Part shown: in pieces, positions 1 to 12,900 of the stretch
Position numbering within the stretch: position 1 is the stretch's first letter
Layout: the number at the start of each line of letters is the position of its first letter
Origin: Nymphaea colorata
Taxonomy: Eukaryota
Reading direction: 5' to 3'
DNA: 64,000 bases
Assembly (NCBI RefSeq): GCF_008831285.2
Contig: NC_045138.2
Span: forward strand, 35,588,001-35,652,000
The notes under the pieces: model-generated
Seen by the model: the letters and a program-made list of their open reading frames with translations, nothing else
Database searches by the model: none
Told to the model about the DNA's origin: nothing
Program-made: the position numbers and the translations under genes

Positions 1-394
1 AGTGCAGCAATGCAACGAGTTTAGACATCGCCGTCTTTTTTCTCATGGATTTCACTTCAGAGTGAGTGAAAATACCCAAGTATTTGATTGACCTAGGGAA
101 TGAAGTAAATTCAGGTAAGTTAACAAAAATCGGTGGTTGTTGGACCTAAAACATGAAACGTTAGGTTATGTAATATTGATAAAAGTCGGCTGGCTACTGA
201 TATTTCGTTGCTAACATGGAGAAAAACGTTTTGTGAAACTTTTGACCTCTTGAGCCAGTTTTGGACAGCAAAGGAAATTCTTCCTGCCAAGGAAATATCA
301 TGCTTTTGATTTGGAGATGTATTATTTGAGATGTTGGTTTGAAATTTAAATCTTAATTTTCTTTAGTTACATTGTGTCGTAAAATTTCTTGTAG

Positions 395-728
395 GACCAC
401 CGACTTCTATAGTGGCGGCCAACTTTGCACGCCTACTTGCAGAAGATGAGATGGCATTTGACAACCTCTTTTGTGTAGCGTTTATGATGCTGGATGCCCA
501 ATGGCTTGCTAAACGTGCTTCATATATGGAGTTCAATGTAAAATTAATGGTCCTCGTTCCTTCGTCATGAATTTATCTCCTTTTCCTTTTCCTGAATAAC
601 CTGGACTTGTTTTTTAACTTTTCTAGGAGGTGCTAAAATCAACAAGGACGCAGTTAGAACGTGAGCTTTCTCTAGATGACGTTTACAGCGTAAGGGATCT
701 GCCTGCATACAATCTCTTACGTCGATAG
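395..728 (+). CDS. ELMO/CED-12 domain-containing protein, last two exons (395-537, 627-728); 5' part lies upstream of the window
   Basis: The spliced translation ..PPTSIVAANFARLLAEDEMAFDNLFCVAFMMLDAQWLAKRASYMEFN|EVLKSTRTQLERELSLDDVYSVRDLPAYNLLRR* matches the conserved C-terminus of plant ELMO-domain proteins. Junctions are ag|395, 537|gt and ag|627; the stop is TAG at 726-728. Confidence 0.9.
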
Positions 729-2033
729 CCAGACATGATCTATGAGATTAGAGTTCGTTACCTGTAATGTTATGCAAATGTATTCTTTTCTTATGTTCAT
801 TAAATACAAAAAAATTCTGGAATAAGTCTAGTTCAACTAAAAGATGCCCCTTTTGCATAATATTTTCCAACTAAGTTCATCTCCCTGATCTTTCGTGATT
901 ATAGCTTTACTTCCAAAGTTAGCCTGATGCGTTCATCGTGCTGGATTTGCTTGTCGAAAATGGGTATATAAACACCTTCTGCCGATGTACCTGGCAGTCA
1001 GTGTGGGAACCAAGAGCTAAGAGGAAGTCTCCATCTATTCTAGAAGAGATTTGAGTTATGAACAACAAGTACTTCAAGGCTACTCTTTTTCTTCTTCCAA
1101 CACTTGGCTGCCTTTGTTCACATTTCAAGGACAAGGTCTCATCATAGCTAACTGCTGCCATCATTGATGTCGGCAGAGGTGAGAAGGCTTTGGGCCTCTT
1201 TTTTTAAACGTGGGTTGTTAAACTCGCTCACCCGAAAAAGGTCTGACCGGGACAGCAAGTCTTCCAACAAATCTTGGTCCTTGTGGTTAATCGCAATCCA
1301 TAGCACCACACTGTTGGAATGTCCAGCATGAACCACCTGTTATTTGTATTTTTGAACTGCCTATCCGTTCGACGGTTTAGGTTGGAGGAGGGCTGCACAA
1401 GCCCCCAGCTGGTGTCTAGGTGTAGGGTGGGCACTACCCATCTTGGTCCTGAACCATGTGCAGAGAAATTAATGTCCGGGTCCACTCATATGTTGTCCGC
1501 CATCTGAGTGCCACTGGAATAACGTTAAGAGTTACTTGTTTAATAAAGTGGTCAGAAAGGAAACAAAACGAAGCCATTTACAAAGAACGGTAACTTGAAC
1601 ACGAAAAGTATGGACCTTCGTATAGAATGGGCAGAGGGCCTACGATAAACCAGTCTGGTGGAGTAAATTTCTTGATGCGAAGGTATCTCAGGGCAATAAT
1701 GACCAAGGTGGTTTTTCAGAAAACATTTTAAAAGTGTCATGAATCATGATATTGTGATATTAGTGCAATAAAAAAGTAAAACAAATTGGCTCCGACAGTT
1801 TTCTTCCTCATTATGCCTTGATCAATCGCTCAAAAATATATGGCTTGATTTACAGGAACTGAATGCATCGACCATACCACTGTATTCGTCCATTCAACAG
1901 ATTAACACAATAAAACTGACGACCAACAACCAATCCCCATTTATGATATCAAGTTCAACGCAACGAGATTTGACGAAATTTGTCAAGTACAAAAAGAACA
2001 TAAATGAAAATTGCTACCGGTTGCAGTCCAATT

Positions 2034-3724
2034 CTAAGAGCAGATGCTGATGGGACAAGGAATGAGGACAGAACTAGGAGCAGCCATGGGATCCACCAAT
2101 GCATACTCCACATCCTTATCAGTACCAAGGAGGAACTCACTGTCACACGCACCACTCGGGCTCTGGAAAATGTCCTCGAAATTTACACCACTGTCTTTAT
2201 CTCCAGTTCTGTCCCTGATATCCGTTTTCTCGAATAAGAAGTCCAGGTTCTCTGGAATATCGGTGTCACTAAACAGATGATGAATTTCTAAAACTTCCGT
2301 TCTCTCATTCATTTTCTCCATTATCTCAAACTGAGCATCATCAAGGGCAGAGTTCACAGTACTGCTGGAAGGGCATTCTCGGTGGGAACATTTGGACGTA
2401 GTGGCCTCCTGTTGAACGGGCAATGGTGGGGAAAATTCATGGGTAGCACCAAATTCTGAAGGCAAATGTCCTCTGTAATTACTTATATCGAAGTTGGTTA
2501 CCGCATTTGGTCCTCTGTATTTGATAGCAGCAACATCGTAAGCAGCGGCAGCTTCTTCTTCAGTACCTACATAAATGGAAAGATATACGTAATTGACATG
2601 CATAATCAGTCGACAAGCAGTCTTATGGATCAGTCAGACTGTACAAAGTTTGTGATATGAGCTTCCTGGATGAGTCCCCTGAGCCAGCAGTTTAAGTTAT
2701 GACACATCTGAAAAGGAAAAAAAGCTTTCTGGAGAACCAAACCTAGTTTGGGAAAAACAGGGTGAACGAAAAGTTACGATAGACATCAATTTTTCTGAGA
2801 CAAGCCAGGGTTGCTTATAGTTGGTAGAATCCATGAAAGGTTTACCTTCTCTTTTCTTATCTAATCTGCCTGCCTAGGTAAGAAATTTTTCCCTTTACTC
2901 CAAAAGAGAAAAACAACGCTATATCTGGAATCATTTAAAGGGACCTTTTGCTTGGTCATAAGAACTTGGTGTGCACTTGCCTAGAGAACTGGCTCAAAGC
3001 TTAGAGCTTGAAGAAAGCCTTTAATGAATACTTGAAGTGCCTGTCTAGTGACAAAAAGACGCAGAAAGGAAACTTTTTTAGTGCAAAGGAAAGAGTCTGC
3101 TTCCGACTTCTCTCCAAAGGGCCCATCTGTTTCATGCAAAATGAGGAGACCCAGTTCCGTGGGATTCACATTATGTTCAAGAAGTTTCTGCCAGCCTATC
3201 AGTCCCATAAAAATCGTTCTCCAAGAAAGGGGCGGGGATGCATCTCAGTAGCAGTTTCTGGGTGGACAAAGGAACCAAACGCTTTTTTTAAAAAAAAAAA
3301 AAAAATGAACGGTCTAACTTCCGTTGTTGATTCTTTTCAAGCCCATCTGTTACCGTAAAAAGAATACGTCCTTTTCAAGACAAGCTCTATAATTTCGGCT
3401 AACTGCTCAATAACTGCAACTACCATCCTTCGGCCGCTTTCTGCGTTTTCCTTGTCGCTCTCCGCGGTATTTCATTGAGACAAAGCTCCATAACTGCGAC
3501 GGCCAACTCTCGCGGCTGCAAGTGGTTCGAATTTGATTTGAAGATTTTGCCAATTGTTAGTCCGGCTCTAGCCTAATGTCCCCATCCATTTGCGAACCTC
3601 TCCCTCGTCTGCTCGTGTCCCTCTCCGCCATTAATTCTGATAGAACTTGCTTTAATCACTGTGCCGCCGACGGTGGTGGCACCCAATCCATTTCAAGGTT
3701 CCGGATATATATATATATATATAT

Positions 3725-3765
<41 letters not shown>

Positions 3766-5521
3766 ATACTAAAGGTGCCCAAATAAATATATTTGTGGCT
3801 GGAAACACGCCCAATTCTTGCTTCCCAGCGTCCATTGTGATGATGCCTAGATGATAAATAGGCAGGTGAAGTTAGAGATGAGATGAGAAAACTATTTGAA
3901 GATTGAGTGGAACACAAATATTAATTAATGTTGCATTTTCTGTTCGTTTGGTTATATAGTCGGAGAGGGTTTCACCATTCACCTGGCTACGCCGCGGTAT
4001 CTTGAGACCCCCCTGGAGAAGCCACTGCTCCTCCTCCTCAGGGAGGCCAAGTACTCTTCCTTCGTCATGCTCTGCATCTCCTTTGACTCCTCTGCGTATT
4101 CATTTAGCTGCAATACAGTTCAGTTCATTTTCTATTCAAATTTTCATTTAATTTCTTCGGTAAAAATGCACATCTACGAGGTTATGTCGTTGTTTAAGAC
4201 GAACAACAAACAGATCAGATCCAACGAACTTATGTCATCAACAACGGCCCAAGAATCTGCTTACAGGAAAATTCAAGGTGGTGCCGACTCCCCAGTATTT
4301 AAGCGCGGCCAAGTCGTATGTTCGAGCAGCAGCCTGTTCATCATCGAATGCTCCTGTACATTTCCCCATGCATCCTCATTCTTCAACCACATCAGTACTT
4401 GAAGCCAATGTGCATGCATGCACAAACACACACACGCCCAAACTTTTTTTGGTTGAAAAAACTATTTTATTTCTTCATATTATTGAAAAACACATTTTCA
4501 TTTGAAAAAGAACTTGGGATTTTTATTTCTCCCAAGTACAAATCTTGTGTCCAGTAACTGAGCAATATACTGGGTCAGCACTTCACCTTCTGAAAAAGGT
4601 CTTAGCATGATTTTCGCAAGTTATGTTTTTAAATTACCCTGACTACCAAGTCTTAGGAGGACAATATCTTGGCCGATTTGAGACATAATTAGAACTTTGG
4701 AAAAATACATGGGCACTGCGTTTAAGAGTGAAAAAGTTGCAAAAATATGAAAAATCTGATGTAAACTTTTTAATACTGTCAAAAGCAACCGCTCCCCGTG
4801 TGGTTTACAGAAAATCAGCATTTCTCAAGGAAAAGAAGTAGAACACGTCCTATTTTCCAAGCTTTTTCAAATTGAAAAAACAATTTGGATAAATTTCCTC
4901 GAACCACTTTGCTATTTAAAACTCATAAAAGCAAACGATCAATTTGACCGAAAAAGGTAGCTTTGAAGGCAAAAGCATGCATGCCACTTACCCAGGTAAA
5001 CTGATCGCCAAAAATGACCATGGAACATTCAAAAAGGAAGAAGAAAAGGTCAGTGAAAAGGAAGCAGCAATGGCGTAAAACGAAAACGAAATTCTGAGAA
5101 GAAAATAAGGGAAAACTTCTCCTTGTAGGAGTCCTACCTTGTTTCCCCTTCTTGTTCTGCTTAAGATTCCAAGCATTCTTGTCCCACAGATGAGCTTCAT
5201 ACCTTCCTGTCCATCTATGCCTAAAGAAGGATGGAAAACACATGCAGTTAAATGTTTCGACACCCGCGAGAGAGACAGAGAGATCCAATGTGCATGCTGC
5301 CGAAGATGATTCTACAGCCTATACCTTGTTACTCCTCTATAGATAGAACTCCTTCTTCCTGTGCTATTGCATGAAGGACCTCTGCCTTCTTCAGGACTAG
5401 TGGCATCATGAGTCCTTTTCGCACGCTTGATTCTGGTGGTGTGCCCTGCAGCCTGCTGAGGATGGTTCTGATCACCTCCATTAATGGAGGTTGGTGAAGT
5501 GCTTGAGTTTGATCGCTTCAT
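2034..5521 (-). CDS. WRI1: WRINKLED1-like double-AP2-domain transcription factor, 370 aa; exons 5521-5325, 5220-5138, 5000-4992, 4353-4265, 4107-3983, 3846-3770, 2566-2034
   Basis: All junctions are GT-AG and in phase (1113 nt total). The protein has [107 protein letters not shown], an acidic C-terminus and terminal PCPISICS, all typical of WRI1. Confidence 0.93.
3705..3764. repeat. Compound (AT)n(AG)n microsatellite in WRI1 intron 6, next to the donor site
   Basis: Directly visible. Confidence 0.95.
4992..5000 (-). CDS. WRI1: 9-nt microexon of WRI1 (TTTACCTGG, encoding VYL)
   Basis: The minus strand reads gatcag|TTTACCTGG|gtaagt. It is needed to give KQ-VYL-GA in the first AP2 domain. Confidence 0.92.
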
Positions 5522-5765
5522 CTTCTTTGGTGGTCTTAGTCTAAGGGCCTTGATTTGGTGACCTGATCATATATCACTTTGCCAATAACGAAACAAAAGG
5601 AGCGTTCTTCTAAAGCCTGCTTAATGTGGGAGATGGATGCAACAGTCTTGACCATGCAGGCCACAGCCTCCGCTTCCGAGCTTCCTTCTATGATCTGGTT
5701 TTCTTTTTCTGGGTACTTTTTTCTTCCGCTGGTTCACCTACTTGTTCCACCAGAGAGAGAGGGGA

Positions 5766-6050
5766 AGAGAGAGAGAGAGAGAGAGAGAGAGGAGGCCTGG
5801 GTGGCGGTTTGGACGCACCCTAGTTTAAATAGGAAGGGAGAAGAGCAACTTTTTTAATGCAACGAACACTTGGTGAGAAGAACGCCATGCTCCCAATGGG
5901 AGTCCAGCTCCCCTAGAGAGAGAAAGAGAGAGAGAGAGGGGTTGGGTGGCGTTTTGGAAGCATCTTGGTTTAAATTGGAAGGGAAAACGGCACCTTTTAC
6001 TGACACTTGGTGAGAAGAAAGCCATGCTCCCCGTGAGAGTTCAGTTCCTC
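5766..6050 (-). repeat. Imperfect ~145-bp tandem duplication in the WRI1 promoter/5' region; each unit has a GA tract and a TATA-like site
   Basis: tgggtggcg-tttgga..gtttaaat-ggaaggga..cacttggtgagaagaa-gccatgctccc..gagt-cag-tcc occurs at 5798-5912 and again at 5943-6048. Confidence 0.85.
5824..5831 (-). promoter_or_regulatory. Candidate TATA-like box (TATTTAAA) of WRI1
   Basis: The minus strand reads cctatttaaacta about 35 nt upstream of a CT-repeat leader and about 300 nt upstream of the ATG. A putative 5'UTR intron lies between them. Confidence 0.5.
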
Positions 6051-6054
6051 TTGA

Positions 6055-6062
6055 TGCATGCA
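6055..6062. promoter_or_regulatory. Overlapping RY elements (TGCATGCA) upstream of WRI1
   Basis: CATGCA is present on both strands. B3 factors such as LEC2 and FUS3 bind RY elements and regulate WRI1, but the motif is short and may be chance. Confidence 0.3.
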
Positions 6063-9000
6063 CTCTCTCTCTCTCCGTCGCGCACGCTTTCTCTCTCTCT
6101 CTCTCTGTTTTTTTCACATATATGTATATGAGCGTATAAGTTTTTGCTTTGTTGACGTTAATTTACACATTCAATCTTAAGCAAGTGAATTGAAAATTAA
6201 TATTTCTTATGAGTGAAATTAAACACTTGCATGCCATTATTTTAACAACACCTTTGTTTTCAAAAAACATTGCGAAACTATAATCAGCGTTTGGTTGTTT
6301 AATTGAAGAACGACATTCATAATGACATCATGTTTCATGTAACAAGAATATGGTGTTTTTACAATTTCTAATGGCACCGATACCTTTTATCAGTTTTTTT
6401 TTTTTTTACCTCAGCTCTGTTTGTAGTCTATGCATATATAAATTTATCTAAATAAATACTGAACCTTTAATAGGACGTAGGGTCAGCATCTTCTAAACTT
6501 TTGGTTTTAGTTAATAAGTTGGTAATCACCGATATGAGAAAGTGATTCTTAAAGTGGCATAGACATAGAAAGATGACGGCAGACCGGATCATGTCGACTG
6601 TCGTAACTATTAAAGGTCAACAACTACCATGCTGTCTACAAAGACGTAATTGCATAAATTTTCAATCCAATTCATACCCGGGAAGACATCACAGGGAGAC
6701 GGATTTTATATGAAATCCTTTTTCTTTCAATAAACAACAAATGTTGCCAGGCAACACAACGGGAACCAGATTAAGACTAAGGTCAACGGACTTTCAGTGA
6801 AAAAATAATATGTCAATTGCCAACCCAAAACTCTGGATGTGCAACTGAAGGAAATCAAACTATCAATCAGATTCAACATCATAAAATAACTGAGACCAGC
6901 CCAAAGAAAGATCAAGATCCTAATTCCAAAAAAGTTCAAATATATCCATTTGTTGTGACCGTTATGACAATTAGTTTATTTCCCTCATATTGGATGCTCA
7001 GTTATACGCATTAAAAAAAAGAAGACAGTTGTTTGAGCTCTCAGGTTCTAGTTTCTATGCATACATATATATATATATATATATATAATAAATCTTAGCT
7101 ACCCAAAATATGAACTCCTCTTCTTCTTTTTTCTTTCAAATGATAGTGAGAGGAGGAGAAAGAAAAAGTTGGGAAGAAAGATGAGAAAAGGTGGGTGAGA
7201 AAGAATGGATAGCAAGGCACATGGGCAAGTGAATTAAGGTGGGGCACGGCTCGGCTCTTCAGGGTATGTATAAGCACTAAAGGCAGGACGAGAAAAGAAT
7301 AGAATGAAGGGCGTGTCCGATCCACATGATTAAGATACTATATATATATTTCAAGCGATCGAGGATTCAGAGTTCCTTCTAATTGAAAGATATGAAATGA
7401 ATGATTCCACTGTGATCTATATTCATCTTAATGTCAGACTTTCGACTTTTGTTGTTTCTGTCCATTCCATTTAGGACATGGGCTTTATTTCTGTAAATGC
7501 TTTTGTTTCGCCATCTACACTCTTGTTTTTGTCTTTGTGACAGAGATTGATCACATGCCCAAGAAAGGTATATATTGTTGCCACACAAACTAGTGCGTGT
7601 ACAAGAGGCTGTGTTTATTCTTGAAGCAAAAGTTTCAATTGGGAAAAGAAAAATAACGAAGAAACATTGCAATGCTCTTTGTTTTAAGAGAAAGGGCTTG
7701 TGTTGCCATGCCGAGAGACTTTCGGTAAGAAATTTTCCGGAGATAGGAATTTTCCAGTCAGCCAGTTTTTTCAGAATTTATTCAATCAGAAAAGATTTTT
7801 CGTTTGGAGGACGTAGAGAAATAACTGTCAAAGGAAAATATCAAGAAAAGAAAAAAAAAATAAGGGAGCATGTGATCCTCTCTCGTTTAAAATTCTCAAG
7901 GTTTGGGATTCATGAATTCAAAAGCACCATACCTTCCCCCTTTATGGTCTCAAATCAGACTTTTCCTCGAATCTCTCGGAGCAGAAAACAAACTATTTCA
8001 CGCAGTGTTACATAAATTTGCCTTAATTTTTTGAGTTGAGATTTAAGCAGATTAAATGAACAGTTTGCTAATGTTGTCACTGCCAAATAACCCTTAGGTC
8101 TAATAAACCATGAATTTTACTATGAATCTTTCACCACGTCAACAAAAACATGCTACATCATGTCGTGAATAAGAAGTAATCAAACAAACGCTACAAGGTT
8201 TTATACTTTTTAATTGTACCCAGATCTATGGGTACAACCAACCAACTGCCACCTAGTTGTACGGACGCAAGTTGATGAGCAGTCTGACCTAAGAGGCCCA
8301 GCCCGGTCCACAACTCGCTCTCACTCCAAAAGTTCGGCACCCTAAAGTTATTAATGATGCAAAGAATTTTGTTGGAGAATGATGGAAGGTATCTGTCTGC
8401 ATTCGGACTTTGTTTGGTGGGAAACCATGAATGTGATGATATTCATGGCCGAGTTTTCAGTTCATGGTCCACCTTTTTCCGTTCTAATATGAAAAATAAG
8501 CTTCTTTCTTCTTTCATTTCTTGATACACTTCACGTGCACTGCCATTCCCGTGAATGACGACTTTAAATTTCAGTTTTTTCCTTTTTATGGATGAAGATT
8601 AACTCCAACAACTCGGAGACGATACCGTTTGAAAAGTTTATACAACAAAGTAGCCAAGGCTTGATTTAGAATTTTTCAACTCGACCCTTTACAGTTTTTT
8701 GACAACCTAGAGTTTAACAGGACATTTCCATTCAGACTTGCAGGTCAAGGGTCTAGTGGATTCTCTGTGGATACTAGTATGTCTGTATATATATATATAT
8801 ATATCTTTGGCCCTAACACAAGAATATGCCGAAATGACTGAAATATCCTTGACGTTAAAAGGAAAACCCGCCTCTTTTTGACAAGATCAAGCAAAAAGGA
8901 ATAAGCAATATATCCTTTCCCTGTAGGAATCAGTACTTTTTAACTTAAAAAAACCTGTACCACATTTGTCTTGACCCTTACGCATAACCTAACCTACAAG

Positions 9001-9982
9001 TACCTGTCGAACATCACTTGTTTCATACAATTTTCATCAAACTCAATTATTTACTTTGAGAAGACATTATGTTTTGACAACACAAAAGGCATAGAAATTA
9101 GATTTTTGCTAAATTTTCACATATGTGGTACATATATTACATATATAGGATTTGTGGATTTTTCTGTTTAAATTTGGAGAGAAAAATCCTCCGTCCTCTC
9201 ACATACATTTTTGGGTAGCTGTGATCAGACACAGCTCAAAATGGCCAGACGATTTCAGCTTATATATATATGTATATATATATATATACACACACACACT
9301 TTTCCTTCTGAAATTTTGCTCCATGCAACTATGCAATTTTAACAACACTTGTACATAAGCACGCCAATGTATCAAACTATTTACTACCAATAGAATTGAA
9401 AAAGATAATTCACAACAATGTGCACTCCAGAGCATATCCTTGTGACATGTATGCAGATTGCAGATGAATACAAATGTATTTAGTTAGCGAGCGCTATTCA
9501 CAACCATCCTTCAGATCTAAGCAGAGATGATCCATGATTGACCAAAAAACTTGAGGCACGTTCTTTCTCGCGTTTGAAAAGCTTCCCCACCCTTCCAATG
9601 CAAACAAATTGTAGACCCCGCAGATGACCTGAGAAAGGGCAACGCATTTCCTGCAGGAAGGATTCTTTACTGAACATCAATGTATTGGATCACTGGCTTC
9701 AATTTGCCTTGGCCAAGAGAGAAAACGCAATCAGGAAGGCCAGAAAAGCATCCGCTATCCTATGGTGGATGTCAGCAATTCATAACTGTTTATCTCCACA
9801 CACTTCTCCAAACAATTTATATCCCACATAGATCCACATATACGCGTGCACGTGCCCACATAAATAACTACTTCCCTCGTCACTTGACTGACCCAAGGCA
9901 TCAAAAAAGCACTTCCATAAAAGAAAATGCAATCCTTGGCATCATGAACTACAAGAGTAACGAAATTGCAGCAGCAGCAGTC

Positions 9983-12900
9983 CTAAAAGATGCTATCAGA
10001 GCAAAGTAGCAGCCCTCCTGAGTTTATTCTGTTCCTGAAGATTACTTTCTCAAATAGCAGACGTTCTGCAACCTCTACTAGATGATAGTGATCCTCATCA
10101 TAACTTGTCCGCACACATTTAGCAACTGTCTCATCTTCAGTTTCTTTTCCAAACTGCTTGATGAGACTTCGTATGACATTGGTGCTCTCCCCTTTTTCTG
10201 ATGCATCACGTGCGATAGAGAACTGAAAATTCCCTGGTTGTCCTGTTGTCAGGCCAACCACATCATTGCATCGGTCACTCAGCCAATTCTGAGGTTGCTC
10301 GTTCAACACCTGTTGTCATTACATGAAAAATACTATATCACCCTTCAATACAATTGTCAAGTAGTACCTTTCACGCGGCCCTCGGGAATGTGCATTTCCA
10401 TCTGCTCAATCGAATGACGTTCAAATCCATCTTAATCATGTTATGCACTCAAAGTTTTCAAACACAATTTTTCTGCTATAAGAAGAATGATACAATGACG
10501 CTACTTTCAACAAAATACAAAGGAAATTTGAGTAGTTTTAAGAAAACAAAGATCACACCATCAAACCAGTTGGCACATGCATAAATGCATGGACTATACA
10601 CACACATGCGCGCGCGCACACACACACACACACTATCATATGTTTTGTAACTATCCACAACATATTCTGAGAAAGAATACCTCGTAAAGGAAAAGGGGTC
10701 CATCTGATGAACTTGCACCATCACAAGGATGTTGTTTCCTTCCATCAGTAAGAGCAACAACAGCACTGCTGCTGTGTGTTGACTCCTCTGGGCATGACAA
10801 ATCTGAGCTGTCAAATGTTGAAATGGATACACATTCATCAAAATAGTTCAAGGCATCTTCCTCGAGGCGCCTGGACATTTTCTTGCGTTCCATGCTGGTC
10901 TGCAATCAGGATTGCTCATTGCAGTATACCATCAAACCAAACAAAAGACATGTATGCCACACAAACAAGAAAGAACAGTAGGATTACGGTTTACCTTTCT
11001 TTTAGTTTGAGGCTTTTGCCTTCCTGCTGCCTTTGGCTCAGGAAGAACTTCCTTCAGAATCCTACTAAGCTCTTGGCTGCGCTGCTCTTCAATGGCAAGG
11101 TCTGCCTTGAGATTCCTTGTACGCTCCTGGGACTACAGGTATCATCAACAGCAATATAAATGCCCGTTATGACATTGTAGCACTTACGAAGATAATTGGT
11201 AGTAGCATGTCGACCAAAATCAGGAATGAGAACCAAATTTTGAAATTGCAGTTACAGGCAAGTACAATAACCAACAAATCACCATGTTAGACTCCACAAC
11301 ACCTAATACATCTGGTTCATAACCTAACAGGCTGACACAAGAATTTGTAGCCCCTTAACTTCCAAAAAATTGAAACATCTCTGTAACCCAAACAACTCCA
11401 TGTATTTGTTTTTCTTGTTATAATCATTAAGGTGCTGATTTTGAATTAACCTTTTCTGAACACAACATTATATATAGCCTATATTGGACTTAAATGCTTG
11501 GTTATGATTACTATCCTGGTGAACAGTGACAAAACTAACAAGAGAAGATTTGTTACCTCAGCAAGCTTTGCAGAATAGTCCTTCCTAATATCAGAAACTA
11601 ATTCAACTCCATCTGGGCTGACCAGTTTCGAAGCTGCATTAGCAATATCAGAAGCATACAAATTGGGATTTCTCCATATAGCCTGACAGGAACAAAGACC
11701 AACTAGTTACTCTACCCACCAAAAAAAAAGTCAGACCACTCTAACAATAACTTATGGCACATTGAGGAGGCGAAGGAGCAAAGAACAGATTAAATTTGAC
11801 AAGAATTAAGAGCAAACAGAACGCAAAAGAAGGAAGGAATAACCACATCTACAATTCAGACTAGATTTCACAAAACATCGTAATGAGGCCTGCAGATGTT
11901 GCTACCTGAAGCAGGACAGAAGGTACACTTGACAACTTAAGGTTCGGTGAGTCACTAGTAACCATATGCAGTGACACAGTTACTAGCTATCGCCAATGCA
12001 CTCATTTCTTGCACCATAATCATTAAAACACCTTCAACAGCCATAATCATTAAAAAAAAGTATCATATTGAACCATTAAGAGTCAGTTATTGATGTAAAT
12101 AGATAATCCAATATCAGAAATCTACTCCCGGCTTCCTTCTTTTCTTTGGCAAGGCAGATTTAAGAAAGCAATTTCAATTTCTTCCCAATGAACTACTATT
12201 TAGACTAGATACAAAATATTTAAACAAGCAAACTATTTGAATATCTCCTTTTTATTCCTGCTTAATATATTTTCTGGTCCATTGATGTTATCTACTTAGC
12301 TAATGAATAGAACAAGCCATGCTAGCATTACATCATAGAAAATTTTAATTCCATGTGGATGGAAGAAAGAAGGAAACCTGCTTGCATTTGAATAAAAGGC
12401 ATCCATGTGCCTCCTACCACATGATCAAGCTAGGGGACCGTACCTTTCAGATAACTTCTTCCCTTCATAGTGTATCATTTTCTTTGGTTTATATTTTTCA
12501 ACAATTTCAATATGTTTTGACTGTGATAAAACTACTATTACATGGTATTTTTCATCTTTTTGTGGCTCAAGGATCATCATTCATCTGAGCTTGGCTGCTA
12601 GTTCATCAGTAGATAAGAAAATACTTAGCCATAGAGCCATGTTTGCCGAAGATTTAACATTTCTTAATATTGACAAGGTATTCAATGCCTTAATTTTTAG
12701 CTTGCAAGGCCAAACATGTTTCTTTTATTAACCCCAGTAGAGAGGCACTAATAGTGTGATGTTCATTCACTTAGGCAGGGTCACAAAATGAAGTTACCAA
12801 ATCAAAAAGTAGAGGCAAATGGAGATGATGAAAGCTAAAGCAAGATATGTGCATCAAAATATGCCTTGAATGTGAGAAACATGAGGCCTTTCAGGATGCA

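Noticed and set aside
919..1740. Overlapping short minus-strand ORFs between the ELMO gene and WRI1
   Set aside because: The composition looks coding-like, but the frames are interrupted by stops and show no identifiable family. A pseudogene call cannot be supported.
4490..4885. Imperfect inverted repeat in WRI1 intron 3 (possible MULE/MITE)
   Set aside because: The match is short and AT-rich, with no clear TSD or termini.
9433..9446. ATATCCTT motifs resembling U12 AT-AC donors (also at 38146)
   Set aside because: They are intergenic or on the non-coding strand of the host gene. All modelled introns are GT-AG.
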